A DNA stretch of 64,000 nucleotides, from the NCBI RefSeq assembly GCF_009914755.1, contig NC_060936.1; one strand, written 5' to 3'. The number at the start of each line of letters is the position of its first letter. The stretch's first letter is position 1. This document shows, one piece after another, positions 1 through 13,126 of this stretch. The notes below the pieces were generated by a model. It was not told where the DNA came from, did no database searches, and saw only the letters and a program-made list of their open reading frames with translations. This DNA is from the human T2T-CHM13v2.0 reference genome, Homo sapiens. The position numbers and the translations under genes were made by a program.

Positions 1-132
1 CTAGACAGGGTTTTTAAAGGATGGCCCCCCTGTTTGAGGGCCTTGGCAGCATCTACCCTGCTAGTACTAGAAGCAAATAAGCTGACTGTTGGGCAAAACC
101 TGAACATAAAGGCCACCCATGCTGTGGTGACT
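1..132 (+). mobile_element. Class I (gamma-like) ERV pol fragment, RT connection region
   Basis: Frame 1 reads LDRVFKGWPPCLRALAASTLLVLEANKLTVGQNLNIKATHAVVT, matching the gammaretroviral GWPPCLR...KLT.GQ...HAV motif. Confidence 0.85.
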
Positions 133-833
133 GAGAGCCAGCCCCTCTTCCCCCCCTGGCTCTTAGGATCCGCGGTGGACTCACAGCCTGTTTACCATAT
201 TGTGAGTAATATCATCTCCCCCTCTGGAGATTATGAACTGTTTCACAGACGGGTGTACAACCTTGGTGTACAGAGGGTGTACACCCGTCTGTATTGGGAG
301 TAATATCATCCTCTTCCTCCCTGAATATTAAGAACAGTATCACAGGGGTGTTTCTACTCCCTGCGATATCGCGTGTCGCATCCTCCTCTCCCACGTTGCA
401 ATGAGAAACAATATCAGTGGGGCCGTGTCCACCTTCTGTCATATTGAAAGTGATATCATTTTCTTCCCTCCAGGATCGTGGGAACAATATCCCATGGGGG
501 TGTACCCTTTCTGCCATATATGTAGTCACATCACCCACTCCGCCTTGGAATATTATTAAGGACCATCTAACACGAGGGTGTATACGTCCTGTGATATTGG
601 GAGTAATATCAACTTCTCGGCCTCTGAATATGAGGAAGAATATCACAGGGTGGGTGTATACCTCGTGCTCTATTATGCGGAGTCGTATCTGTCTATTATG
701 GGGAGTAATATCATTCTCTCCCTTTCAGGATATTAATAACAATTTCACAGGCTGGGTGAACACAGCCGGCGATGCTGAAATTATTATCATCCTCTCCCCC
801 TCTTCCCCTCCTGGCTCTCAGTCCCCGCCTCAC
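133..833 (+). repeat. SATR1/SATR2-like satellite
   Basis: Diverged ~80-bp units: gggagtaatatcatcctct...gaatattaggaacaatatcacaggggggtgtacacc. Confidence 0.8.
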
Positions 834-876
834 GGGTTATGTAGCGGGTTATGGCAAGAAGACAAACTGCAGTTTC
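834..876 (-). pseudogene. Block A exon 30, first 43 nt only (ETAVCLLAITRYIT), then satellite
   Basis: cag/GAA acceptor, phase 0; corresponds to A2M DTVVALHALSKY; homology ends at the satellite boundary. Confidence 0.8.
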
Positions 877-1876
877 CTGCACAGAACAGCACAAACAATG
901 ATCCAAGCTCAGTTACAACACAATATTGGTCATCATTTGACCATGGACTTCAATATCAACCCTTAGAAACCTTCCTAAAACAGGTCAGCAAAACACCAAG
1001 AAGCAATATCCTGAATGATAGGAAAATATCCTTGCTTGTGCAAATTGTTTCCACTTAATTTTTTTCAACAAATGTTAATTATATTTTTACTTTCTAAAAA
1101 TTTTTAATAAAATATAGCCTACTTGGTTAAAAATGGTGTCAAAGCTTTTCTAAAAGTTAAGGCATTACATAATTCAGTGGCCCCTGTGGCTGCCATGGAT
1201 AATTCTTTTTTTTCTGTTCATCTTCAAAGAAGGGAATTCAGAATCAGGAAAAGATCTTTGGAAATTCATTAGCATATGGTTTTACTCCGAAACTAAGACC
1301 AAACACAAAGAGAAATGCAGATTTTTCTCATGGAAATAAAACTGCTTTTTTGCATTTTCAATTTGTTTCCAAGTAAGGAAAAACATGTCATTGTTTCTCA
1401 TACCCCCCATTTCTCCTGTTTTCCTTCTTTTCATTTGCTTTTCCCAGTGTATAGCCCACAGAACTAGAGCGAAAGCTTTCTTTTTGGCCCGTATATAATT
1501 TGAACAGAGTATCATCAGGTGTCTAATGTACCACCAAGAGTGGTGCTTACGACAAAAATGTCCTCTAGACATATTCTATGTTCGCTGTGTGAATGAAGAT
1601 ACAAATGGTCATAAATTCCTGGAACGGGAGACCTCATTTCATTCATTTCTATTTAGAGGCTTCCTAGTAGAGTGCCTCATACACAATAACTGGCCAATAA
1701 ATAATTGTTGAGGAAATAAAATAAGATTAATAAGATAATAAGAATCTTATTACCAAAGATTCTTCTTCTCAGAAAGGGTTTGTTGTGATAGCTTTACTAT
1801 TAATATCTCACTCGTCATAGAGTTACAGCTTCTGCATTAAACATATTGCTATTAATATCAGGCCTACATTAATCAC

Positions 1877-2088
1877 CTGGTTGGAAGAAAAGCCTCCATG
1901 GGAATTCATCTGTTGGGCAAGCCACTGCACAATCTTACTAGCATAGGTGAGGTCAGGAATTTTCCGGGAAATGACAGCCAACAGCACATAGCAACTCTTC
2001 TCAGTCTGAGCAGAAGGTGCCCAGGGAATAAAGGATGGAAATTCTTCTGTCTTGGGTTTCCTTTCTCTTTCCCAGTAGATGACATTAT
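1877..2088 (-). CDS. Block A exon 29: NVIYWERERKPKTEEFPSFIPWAPSAQTEKSCYVLLA...QWLAQQMNSHGGFSSNQ
   Basis: cag/AT...CAG/gtgatt, 212 nt. Confidence 0.92.
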
Positions 2089-2172
2089 CTGAGAAAAAGG
2101 AAGAATTTTCACATAGTCTGCATAAAAGTCATGGGTTACACATAAAGAAGGATGAAAATTCCATTCCCGACC

Positions 2173-2549
2173 TCTGTTTGTGCTGAATTGTTCCCCTAAA
2201 ATTATATGTTGAAGCCCTAACACCAAGTACCTCAAAATGTGGCTGTATTTGGAGATAAGACTTTTTAAAGAGGTGATTAAGTTAAAATGAAGCTTATGGG
2301 CCACAATCCAATCTGACTGGTGACCTTATGAGAAGAAAAATTTTGGACACACAAAAGGGAGAGCAGGGCTGTGCACACACAAAAGATCTTGTGAAGACAA
2401 AGGAAGAATGTGGTCATCTGCAGGTGAAGAAACCACTTTCAACACCTTGAACTTAGACTTCTAGCCTCCAGAAGCATGAGAAAATAAACTTCTATTGCTG
2501 CAGTCATCCAGTATGTGGTATTTTATGACAGCTATAGCAAACTACTACA
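2173..2549 (+). mobile_element. MLT1-type ERVL-MaLR solo LTR
   Basis: tgt..gctgaattgt..cccctaaa..tatgttgaagcccta through gcaaactactaca, with AATAAA. Confidence 0.75.
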
Positions 2550-2852
2550 GCCTTCAATAGCAACTTTCTAAGTAGCAGGTGATTAAGCTTCCCCAGCAGT
2601 TTTGATAGCCTATGGCTTGGTCACCAGGCTTGATTCCCCTGACATCACTCATTTGAGAGGAAGCTAGCATAAAGCAAAAGAGGAAAGTCTAGAATATGTA
2701 GCGTTCTTGAAAGGTATAAAGGCCACTGATAAATTCCATAAGAGAAACAGAAACATACTGGTCAAGAGGGAGCTCCTATGTGACTGCTTAGAACGCTTCC
2801 TCACTGTGCTCCAAGATCACCTCCATTAGCAACAATGAATAATAACGCTTAC

Positions 2853-3018
2853 TTAGTTTTGTGGCAGATTGATCCAGGGTTTGGAGTAAAGATTCCACTT
2901 GCTTCTCTTTTCCAGCTAAGGCAAAAGCATAAGCTAGAATTGCATGATTGTAGCCATTAGTGACACCACTGTCCAATGCCGCTTCAAGGCAAAAGAGTGC
3001 GTTTCGTAGAGCAGGAAA
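2853..3018 (-). CDS. Block A exon 28: FPALRNALFCLEAALDSG...AYAFALAG...QSATKL
   Basis: cag/TTT...CTAA/gtaagc, 166 nt. Confidence 0.92.
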
Positions 3019-3227
3019 CTGTTGGTCAGGAAGAAGAATCATATATTGTAAACTGATACCCGAACATTCCATGAACTTGTTGAACATTTAAACTAATCAT
3101 TGTTTATAATATATATAATATATCCTCAAAGTATATTTTACATACAAATCCATTTATATACACACATATATTTTATCCTTCAAAAATATCATTAAAATAA
3201 ATTTATAATGTCATTATTAGTACCTAA

Positions 3228-3534
<307 letters not shown>

Positions 3535-4155
3535 TAGTAAGAAAATGGCAGTTTTTATATTTGATCAGTGATATTTTAGTTATGAATGTCTTCTATGCGG
3601 CAAAGCATCCAAATTTATCATAGGCCTAAGAGTTTTTTTTTTCTAATGCCTAAAATAGAGGCTTACATTTCTGAAGATAATTTTCAGGGTATACTAATGA
3701 CCCTGACAATTCCTAGCATCTTAGTTCAGGAATAGATTTTGGAAATCTAATCTATGGATTGGGAGGTGGCTAGGGTGAGCCACACTTAAGTTGAAAATGT
3801 TTACTCACTTATTGTTTAGAGAGAAACAGAATACTAGGCCACGGCTTTACTTAGAACAGTGGTTCTTAATCTGAAATTCATGGCTGAACTTCAGGAGAGA
3901 TGTGAATGCCTGCAATTGTGTGAATAACTCTTTTTTGTGTGCATATGTGTATTCTCCCTAGGGAGAAACCCAATCCTGTTTTTAAAGCTGTCTATGAATG
4001 AAAAACAGTTTGAACAGCATGAATTTAAAGGGTGGTAATAAACTAAATGTTATCTCGGGGTTTCATCCAGTCTTAGAATCTCAAGTGACTCTGACTCTAC
4101 AGTCTATTGAATGTGCATTCAGCTGCCTGAAATCAGAAATGACGGGAATCCATAC

Positions 4156-4230
4156 AGTGGAATTGAGCCCAGCTTCAAAGAACATCCCAACAACATATGC
4201 AGTGAGTGAAATGTCCTCTTCATCTCCACC
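4156..4230 (-). CDS. Block A exon 27: GGDEEDISLTAYVVGMFFEAGLNST
   Basis: cag/GGT...ACT/gtatgg, 75 nt. Confidence 0.92.
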
Positions 4231-6223
4231 CTGAAAACAAAGGAACAATGAGTCATTCGGGACAGCAGAGCACAAAATAGCAAGTATTCTTTTGAAGTAA
4301 AACTAGGTATGAAAAAAATACTGGAACAAATACCATTATTCATAAAAACACCCGAACATGTGTAGTTTTTAAATTAGATGGTTAATAACCATACTATCTA
4401 AGCAAGAATTCATTCAGACTCTATGCAATAATTAAATCATAATTATTAAGTTGTTATAACAATTAATTTCAATCATATTTATGTGGCCTGGTGTTAAGCA
4501 TGCATTCTAAGGAATTCACAGGACTCTATTTGTCTCCGCTTGGTATAAATCTGAAAAAAGCCAACAAAGAATTTCTAATGAGGTGAAGCAGAAAGTTGCC
4601 GTGAAGATTCCTGGAAATTCCTGGAAAAGCACCCTAGGAGATCACCAGAATCAAGTCTCAGATTCTTAGAGTGTAAAATGAGAAACTCATTTATAAATCA
4701 TGTGGTTTGCAAACTGACTGTGCATAAAACTCCCCTGGGGTATTTAAATCAACCAGTGTCTACACAGAGATTCTGGTTCAAAAAACTTGGGAATACGACA
4801 GCAAAATGCATTTTAATGGGTGCTCTAGTGACTCTGATGCAAATAGCATTCAGAATGGCATCTGGGATCTACTGATCTTGTAGAAGCTTCCCATTTTATC
4901 TATTTAAGCAAAGGACAACTCCTGTCTTCTTCAGAAAAGAAATACTTCTGAGAAACCAAGTGTTTAAGATGGAAATAACAGCATATGGTAGACACTAACA
5001 TGAGGTACGAGGACTGTCAGTACATCTAAATTACAGCAAGTGGGATCACCATTCCTCAGCAGTGTAAGCTTTGATTTTTCCCTTGCATTTTTATTTCTCT
5101 CAACTCAAAACACACACAGACACCCACCCACACAGATATTTAATTATAGAGAAAATACTAGGTAAGATCAGACAAACTGTAGCAGTAATCAGCAATGATT
5201 CACCAGTAATGAATCCAATAAGAAGAAAGATATGAAGATGTTTTAGAAGAGAACGTGGGAAAGTTTTTGATTTTTCTATGAAGGAGTAAGAGCTCTTCTC
5301 CATCAGGGTCCTCCTGTTGTAAGGAATAAGTTTGGAATACATTAAAAATACCACAAAGCAATTTGAATACAATTTGCATGCAAATTAAATATCAGAGTGT
5401 CTGTTTTCATTCATATTTTGAGGTGGATTAGATATGCATTCTGGGTTTCAAGAACAGGAGTGCTGATTATGAGGAAGGATGCTGAAGAAAAGCTCAGGGT
5501 ATTTCAGGGGCCATCAGAGCATGCTAAAATGCCATGATAGGAGATTTTGAGCAACCACAGGGGAAAAAAGGAGGGGAAAGGAGATAGAAGATGGGCTGGA
5601 GATGGACAGGTATCTGCAAAGAAAGGAAGTTGGAAGGGAGGGATTTACGTAAATATGGACAGGAAAAGGGTTGGATTTTGCCAAGGATATACTTCACCTC
5701 ATTTGTACTTTGGCCCCGGGGCAAGCTTGGCCTTTGAATTTTTCCTTGAGAGGGTCTTAGAAAAACTTGCTTCATTGAAACAATATGAATTACTAGATAT
5801 TCTCCCCAGAACTTTCTTGCCATTCATGGACAGGAATAAACTTTCCTTCCTCATACACTCACAGCCCCCTCCCTTTATACATTGACTGTCTCCAAATTTA
5901 TGAAAGTTTCTTTTCTAGGTTCCCTTTCTCTCCCCTCCCTTCTATTTCTAGTTTAATTTCTGAAGAGGACTGACTCGGGAAGGACTAGAGACTGAATAAG
6001 GCAGACAAGAGACTCAGAAGGAGTCACATCCAGGCTGTAGTTAAACATGCACAAAGCAGGAATGGTGCTGCTGACCAACCCACCACAGGCCCAGGACTGC
6101 AGTGCCTCAGAAGGTTTCATAGGCACAGGAAGAATATTCATATTCCAGATCAGGAAAGCCAGAGGCAGGGCAAGGCAGGCAATGCCCAGGAACAAGGAAA
6201 GCCTGGTGCTTCTCCTCTCTCAC

Positions 6224-6380
6224 CTCCCAGGCGTGGTTGAAAAGCTGGCCATCATTCTTAAAGCAGCCGCTTGTTTTCTGTTGGCTTGAAAGCCAGATTA
6301 AGGTCTGTTTTTGAACATTTTCATCAATGAATACAAATTTTTTCATTCTCTCCAATGTCTTAAAAGTAAGAGCACTGAGC
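6224..6380 (-). CDS. Block A exon 26: LSALTFKTLERMKKFVFIDE...SGCFKNDGQLFNHAWE
   Basis: cag/G...GAG/gtgaga, 157 nt. Confidence 0.92.
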
Positions 6381-7012
6381 CTGTAATACAAATCACCAAA
6401 GCAAAAGTTAGATAAAGAGGAAGTGACAATGTCAGCAATTCCACAGTTTCATCACCATTGTTCCCTTTGAGTAAAGGATGCATTCAACTCATCTACTGTA
6501 AACCATCTTTATTGTTAGTGGCCCTTTCCTTTGGGTCAGGAAAATATTATGACTAGCAATAAGTGGAAATTAGAGTAGGTAATTTTCAGCATGTTTGCAC
6601 CCAAAGGTCCTGTTGTATATAGCCCATTAGATTATCTGCACATGGAGAGAGAAATGATGTAATTAGGTATTTTGGGTCCTTCTAATTTCACTTTCCCGAA
6701 TCTATATGGGACTCTGAGAAGCACAGAGTAAGACGTGCCGTGCCCTCTTCGGTGGAGTTAACCAGCGGTGCATGTCTAGGGGCTGTCATGAAAGGATCAG
6801 ACTGCTAAGCAAATCGTCATGAGACTGAAGGAACATTGTTGCATTAGAATTGGAATCACTAAATCTTTAGTTTTATCTATTTCTCTTCTGTAAATTGACT
6901 TTGAAACCCACTTTGCTTCTAAATCCCCACTGAACTCTATCCTCCTTCACCTCCTTGCAAGCCCTCCTCAGGTAATTCCTATATTATATAAAATAAAATT
7001 TTTATGTCTCAC

Positions 7013-7094
7013 CATATGCTTCCTTTCTGATTCTGCTGCCAAAACACACTATAGGAACCATCAGAGTTTTTGAAAGATAATTGCCTTTGATAAC
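7013..7094 (-). CDS. Block A exon 25: GYQRQLSFKNSDGSYSVFWQQNQKGSIW
   Basis: tag/GT...TG/gtgaga, 82 nt. Confidence 0.92.
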
Positions 7095-7855
7095 CTAAAA
7101 TAGAACATTGTAGGAAATTATTTTTTAACCTAAGAAAGTTAGAAGAGAAAGAATAGTGCAGTGCAAGCCCTAGGTATTGGTGTTAGACACAAATCACTAG
7201 GATGATCATTTCCATTTGAACTTCTGAAACTCAGGTTCTGTATTCATAAGGGAGAAAAAATAACTCTTACTTTATAGGATTTTGATCACAAGATAATACA
7301 CATGGATATGTCTGGCTCAGTAATTGCCTCGTCATTGGTACCTACTAACTATTCAGTATATTTCCCCTAAGGTCATTTTATTTCAGTGTTATCTTTCTGA
7401 GAAGAAAAACCAAAGAAGATTATTTTATGCTCCTGGACTTTTCCTTAACCTCACAGTTCACAACATTGGCCCTCTTTGTGTATGCAAAGCCAATCACTTC
7501 ACTGCAACAGACCACAGCTGAGCAAACAAATACAGACGTTGATAGATGAACCACTGACAACAACTCCTAACAAAAACAACAATAATAACAACAATAAACA
7601 AGGTAGCTTGCAAAATACCAGACATTAAAAAAAAATTAAGTGCATAGCTTGAAAACTTTGCAGCTGTAAATTATGACGCTAGCTGACCACACAGATTTTG
7701 AAGTCAGACGGAAAACAGCGCTAGGACTGAGAGTTCCTCGGTTCAGGTTCACTTTTCTTTCACCAGACTACTGCATAAAAACAGCTTATGACATCTTGGT
7801 ATGAGTAACAATTGCTTTCAAAAATTATGGGCAGAAATTACTTAAATCTTCTCAC

Positions 7856-8029
7856 CATTAGATAAGAGAAAGAAAGCCTTAGATTGAACTTCCTCTGTCA
7901 GTTGCTCAGTAGATTTCAGATAGTCCAGAACATAAGTATCAGATGCTAGTAGGGCAGCATTCTGCTCTCCACCTCCATAGGGCATTTGGAGAACAACCAG
8001 ATTCTGCATGGCAAGTCCTAGAATATCCC
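7856..8029 (-). CDS. Block A exon 24 (thioester exon): [58 protein letters not shown]
   Basis: tag/GG...AATG/gtgaga, 174 nt; GGEQ instead of CGEQ. Confidence 0.93.
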
Positions 8030-8749
8030 CTAAAAACAGGAAAAGCGGAAAGCTGTATTGTTTATAGTTGCCATCTCAGCATTAATAACTATAGACAAAA
8101 GAGGCATAGTGAAATAGGTAACATTTAAAATTGAGTCTAAATGGTGGAAACAAAGAAAGTTTTATGAAGCAATTTGAAAGAGGAGATAGCCATGAAGGGT
8201 GAAGTTAAACTGCTATGAAAAATATTTCTGAAAATCTCATTACCAGAGAGAGGAGGAAGTTAGGAGAATGCATTTGTTTGCTTGTTTGCTAGTTTTTTTT
8301 AATCAATCAATCCTATGAATTACAAAGTGTAATCCATCCCTTCCAAGAGATGTTCATGTTAATAACAGACAAAGAAGTTTGCCTTTTGTATCAACAACAA
8401 AAATTTCTCCTTTTATTGAGAAAACTCCCAACATCATTAACAGGCAAAGTCAATTCGATTCTCCAAGAGGTGAATTTCATATTTCAGATTAATGATTATA
8501 AAGAACCTCTTGCTTTCTGAACACTAGTTACCATCTACCCAAGCTAAGGTTTCCTGGGAATATAGGTCTGGAAACGGTACTGTAATCCCTTTAGATCCCA
8601 TCAGGAAACATAGAGGATGATCTGATCAATAATTCCCTCCAATTGATAGCTTAGGAAAATCTCTCTATTCTGTTATTTTAAGGATTTTTAAAGACCACCT
8701 CAACCAAGATTTTCAAATCATAGTGAAACACAAAATTTGTTCAACTTAC

Positions 8750-8833
8750 CCACAACAGTGAAAAAGCCTCTGGCTGACCCTTCTACTACATCATTTGGCA
8801 AGTCCAAAACTCCCTGCTTGGAGGCTTTGGCAC
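8750..8833 (-). CDS. Block A exon 23: GAKASKQGVLDLPNDVVEGSARGFFTVV
   Basis: tag/GT...GTGG/gtaagt, 84 nt. Confidence 0.92.
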
Positions 8834-9621
8834 CTAGAATGAAAATACTGATTTAAAAAATGTGATGGCTTCTTTATATCAGCAGATTTGGGGGATAAAC
8901 ATATTGGAAATAAGATTCCATTACTTATTTTTATTTTACAAGTTGTTTATTAGAGGAGATGAATTTGGAGTTTTGACCCAGTTTAGGATAATAGTACATT
9001 CAGAAAATGGCATATAAATCTGTGTGTTAGATTGTGGCCCCCGTTCTTCACTGGTTTAGTGCCTGAACTATTTATGTATGAAAAAATGTAAAAACTACAC
9101 TGACTGTAACACATAAAACAACACACACAAAAGGTAAAGCTTGAAGACTCAGATGAAGGAGTATAATCAGATCACCATCAACCAGGTAAAATAATACCCC
9201 TCATGGCCATAAAACCGGAGACTGAGGGGCAGGGGCAGTGATGTATCTATGGGTTATTTTCTCCTAAGAGTACAAAAGCCAAGATTATATTATGTGCTAT
9301 TGGGCCTCAATCCTAATATCTCATTGTCCAATATTGTGTGACAACCATATCATAAGAGGAGCTAAGAATACACATGATGGAAAAAAAAATAGATAGGAGC
9401 AGACCAGCCTCAGAAAGTGAACTAAAAACCACCTCCTGAATATTCTTTTTGATGGCTAAAATTATACCATAAAGATAAAGCATGAAACACAAGAATCCTC
9501 CACGAGTTATTTAAAGTGAAATCACAGGGCACATGGACTCATGTGGAAGGAGAGGACATGAACTGATTCTTTTGGTGAATTTTATTTAGGACTAATTTGA
9601 CTCCCTAAAAGATCCTCTTAC

Positions 9622-9673
9622 CTTCTGTACAGATAAGGAAACTCTGGGTCCTTTCCTTTTCAATACCTTCAGG
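9622..9673 (-). CDS. Block A exon 22: PEGIEKERTQSFLICTE
   Basis: cag/CCT...GAAG/gtaaga, 52 nt. Confidence 0.92.
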
Positions 9674-10383
9674 CTGTCAAAGAATAACACAAACAAGCAC
9701 AGAAGAATGAGTCTAGATCCTCTGTCCATGAAGGAAAAGTGATTAAGCACCAGCTCACTCAAGCATGGCTGGTGCAAGTTTATCCCTGAGAGAAGATCCA
9801 ACTCATCTTCCCCTTTTGTTCATATCTGGAAGGCACGGGACATCACCGGTACCCATTTTAGCCTCTGCGTTCTGTAGCTTGGACAGGCATTATCTTGATG
9901 TCACTGTGTGACACTCTCAGCTCCTCTGATCCTGTATAGCATCTCCAGTAAACAACTAAAAGTGCTTTGTGGAGCAGGGATTGCCAAGAGGCAAATCAAG
10001 AGTGTTCCTCTGACAAGTGCTGATTCTTGTTGAGGATGACGGGAACTGCACGGGAGTGTAGGACAAATAGATTTGTCTCTTGAATTTGAGAATCAGAAAA
10101 AGAGAAGGAAGAGAAATAGGTGTACAGGAAACATCTTGACTCAGAAACAAACAAAAAATTGTCAAGTCTATTTCAAATGTTAAGTTTTACTATCCTGGGT
10201 GAGGTATTAATTAAAGAAAGGATGAACTTTATGCTGTTTTAATTCATTTAAAATGGCATGTCTTGTGTCAAAAGTAAATGTTGTCAACTAATTAAGTCTC
10301 TTCAATGAGAAGATCTTTTAATACAAAACCTCTTAGATGTCTGTTTCTTTTCAGGAAAAGCTTGACTGTTTGCATATCCATAC

Positions 10384-10502
10384 CTCTACTAAGAAGCTTT
10401 TGACCACAGTGTCTTTCCAGTTTAGCTTTTGCTGCTCCATTCCTTCATTTGGGCAAGCACTGCTTTGTTTGGACTCAGCAACTACAGTGATATTCACTTT
10501 AC
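10384..10502 (-). CDS. Block A exon 21: GKVNITVVAESKQSSACPNEGMEQQKLNWKDTVVKSFLVE
   Basis: cag/GT...GAG/gtatgg, 119 nt. Confidence 0.92.
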
Positions 10503-12084
10503 CTGGAAGACATTCCCAAATATAAATTAAATTGATCATTGGTCCCTTCTGTAATGAGAAATGACTAGAGTCTGTGAACCATGTCTTGAATTGGATTAAC
10601 CAAATTCTATCATTAAGTTAATGCTTAGAACAAAATAACTTATTTCTTCTCCTTCCTAGGTATAATGTGGTATCTTCCATTTCACCTGTTCCATGATTTT
10701 CATGATTCCTTACATTAAATGATAAATTTACTTAATTAAAACTTAAGAAATTTTAGGAAAAGTAACATTTTACAAAGTTGTCTGAGTCAATTTCTTGATA
10801 TTGATTGTTTATAAAGGTTACTTATGACAATATAGGCTAATAATGTCAGCGAACTAGGGCTCCTAACTTCCCAAAATCAAGCAAGCATAGTAAAATATGA
10901 TATAGTAGATAGGCACTGGATTGAAATAATGTCCTAGCAAGGAATCCATTGTTTTTAAACTTCCTGATTTCACATTATGTAATTAGAACTGATCTCCAGT
11001 TTCCTTGCTTGTGAAAATTACAGGATTGAAAACAATCATTCATTCTTTAAGGTTAGTATTATTTACGTGACTATATACCAATATACATAACCAATATATT
11101 GTTCTTTTTGTTGTTGTTGTTGTTGTTGTTGTGTTTTAGTGTTTCTCTGTCTCAGGAAGCTTGCTATTTCACTCTTAAAACTGTGTCTTCGACTTAATGT
11201 CATAAAACTATACAAGTTGGTACAGTATTCTGTCTCAATTGCCAAGGTAGGATTTTGAAGATCTTGTGCAGTAGAAATATTGAGAAACTTCAAATCTAGT
11301 AGAAAAATAGTCTGAGAACAGCATCACAACTGAGCTAAAATAATCTCATAGATATATTATTTGCTGTTAAAATAATACAATGAATATAGTACATTAAAGA
11401 ACATTTGAATGGCCATTTTTTAAAAGTAGTGATTAAAAGTGTCACGCACATCGTATCTAGCATTCCTTGTTTACTAGAATTTTAAACTTTTTCCATTCCA
11501 TGTATTTTCAATATTTCAATAGGAGACAAGTTTATTTTTCCATCTTGCAGATAGCATAGGCACTAAGACAATATTCTCAGTTTTTTATCTCAATCCAATC
11601 ATTTAGTGATTTTGGTATCCCCATGGCACATCTAGTAAATTTACAAACCTGACAATTCCCTCATTGGTCATTGTGATGGAGCAGCAATTTTCTTGAAGGT
11701 GGCCTGGGTTCATGATGGTAGGTGAAGGACCCAGCGAGAAGTCAAATAATTAAGGTGGCATTAATGATAGCATGGCCTTCATTTGGGATATGGCATATGC
11801 CAAACATATAGTCCATGATAGGTCATGCCAGTTAGCATTTATATTGTATTTTAATTACATTATGCTCTTGTAAAAATGAATGGTGGTTTTGATCTACACA
11901 GCATTAACAACCAGAAATTAGATTACTATAGATTAGAATTTCTAATGGAGAATTTACAATAAGAATTTTAAAAATGTGAGGGAGAAAATCACGTTTGTAT
12001 AGACAATATAAGGAAAGTAAATGGAGACAATAAATATGGGCTGGTTTTTCCATGAGTGACTGGTGTAGACAGATAGCTGCTTAC

Positions 12085-12214
12085 CCAATTTCTTAGGTAT
12101 AATAGTCCAGATGTTTGTTTTCCTCCCTCCAGCTTGAATAACCTCACTGCCATTGATTTTCCAGGTATTAATATTTGCTTCATAATTCTGAGACTCCTCC
12201 ACTTGAACAGAAAT
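12085..12214 (-). CDS. Block A exon 20: ISVQVEESQNYEANINTWKINGSEVIQAGGRKTNIWTIIPKKL
   Basis: tag/ATT...TTGG/gtaagc, 130 nt. Confidence 0.92.
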
Positions 12215-12459
12215 CTAAGAAAACAATCATGGCAATGAGGATAGCACTGGAACACACATCACTATGAAACACCATGCTCAATACACTGTTTAAACTGTCA
12301 CTGTGAATGAAAGCAATTGTATTTGTTTGAGGAATATGGACCTAAGTCTTATACCTTTATAGTAGCATTTTGCACTTGAGGATAAAGAGAATATGGAAAT
12401 ATTAAGAAATATTTTAGCTTTGTTAGATTTTTGCCTCCAGATCAAACAGAACAACTCAC

Positions 12460-12688
12460 CTCTACACATGTATTCAGGTAGCTGAAGGCATTGACAATCA
12501 AATCAAATTGTTCATTTTGAACAACCAAAAAGGGTGAGGCAATTTCAATAAAGAAAGGTTGGGAGACTTCTAGAGTGGTTGTAGAGGAAATGCCAAATCC
12601 AACGTCGCCATTCACACAAAAGCCACTTGCCTCCCATTGGGTTATCGTATCAGGAATGAGGAACGAAAGATTGGCAGAGCCTGAGGAA
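12460..12688 (-). CDS. Block A exon 19: SSGSANLSFLIPDTITQWEASGFC...FSYLNTCVE
   Basis: cag/T...GAG/gtgagt, 229 nt. Confidence 0.93.
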
Positions 12689-13126
12689 CTGGAAGAAGAG
12701 GTTATCGGTAAAACACATTCTTTGTCTGAACCAAGAACTTAAAATTAAGTGCAGAGCAAGCAGAAAAGTATTGACTGAAGCTCAAAAGTGAGTTATATTG
12801 TTTGGATGGGGCATTAGATAAAAATAATGAGAGCTGGATTTTTATAAAATTTGAGTATAGAAAGGTCATTTTTCTTTAAACGCCACTTTTTTTTTTAATT
12901 GGGGCAGGTTAAATCTGTCTGCATAAAATGAATAGAAGAGAAACTCTTGGTGAAGGGAAAACAATGCTAGAGAAAAAAATAAAATAAAATGTATGATAAG
13001 TACATGCAAATCAATGATATATATTTTACAAATATGGTACTGTTTTATATACCCAGGAATAAACCTGAAGAAAGAAAAAGAAAATAGAAATAAAGACACA
13101 TAGGAGAGAAAATGGTTAAAACTCAC

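Noticed and set aside
133-833. Repeat/spacer-like pattern as a CRISPR array
   Set aside because: Primate satellite with diverged whole units, no unique spacers and no cas genes.
34-1058. Long ORFs 34-303, 212-646 and 417-1058
   Set aside because: Products of satellite periodicity plus an ERV fragment; no gene structure.
6224-6245. His in FNHAWE as a C3-type catalytic histidine
   Set aside because: By alignment to A2M LNNAIKGG, the catalytic position is the Asn and the His is one residue off. The thioester Cys is absent anyway.
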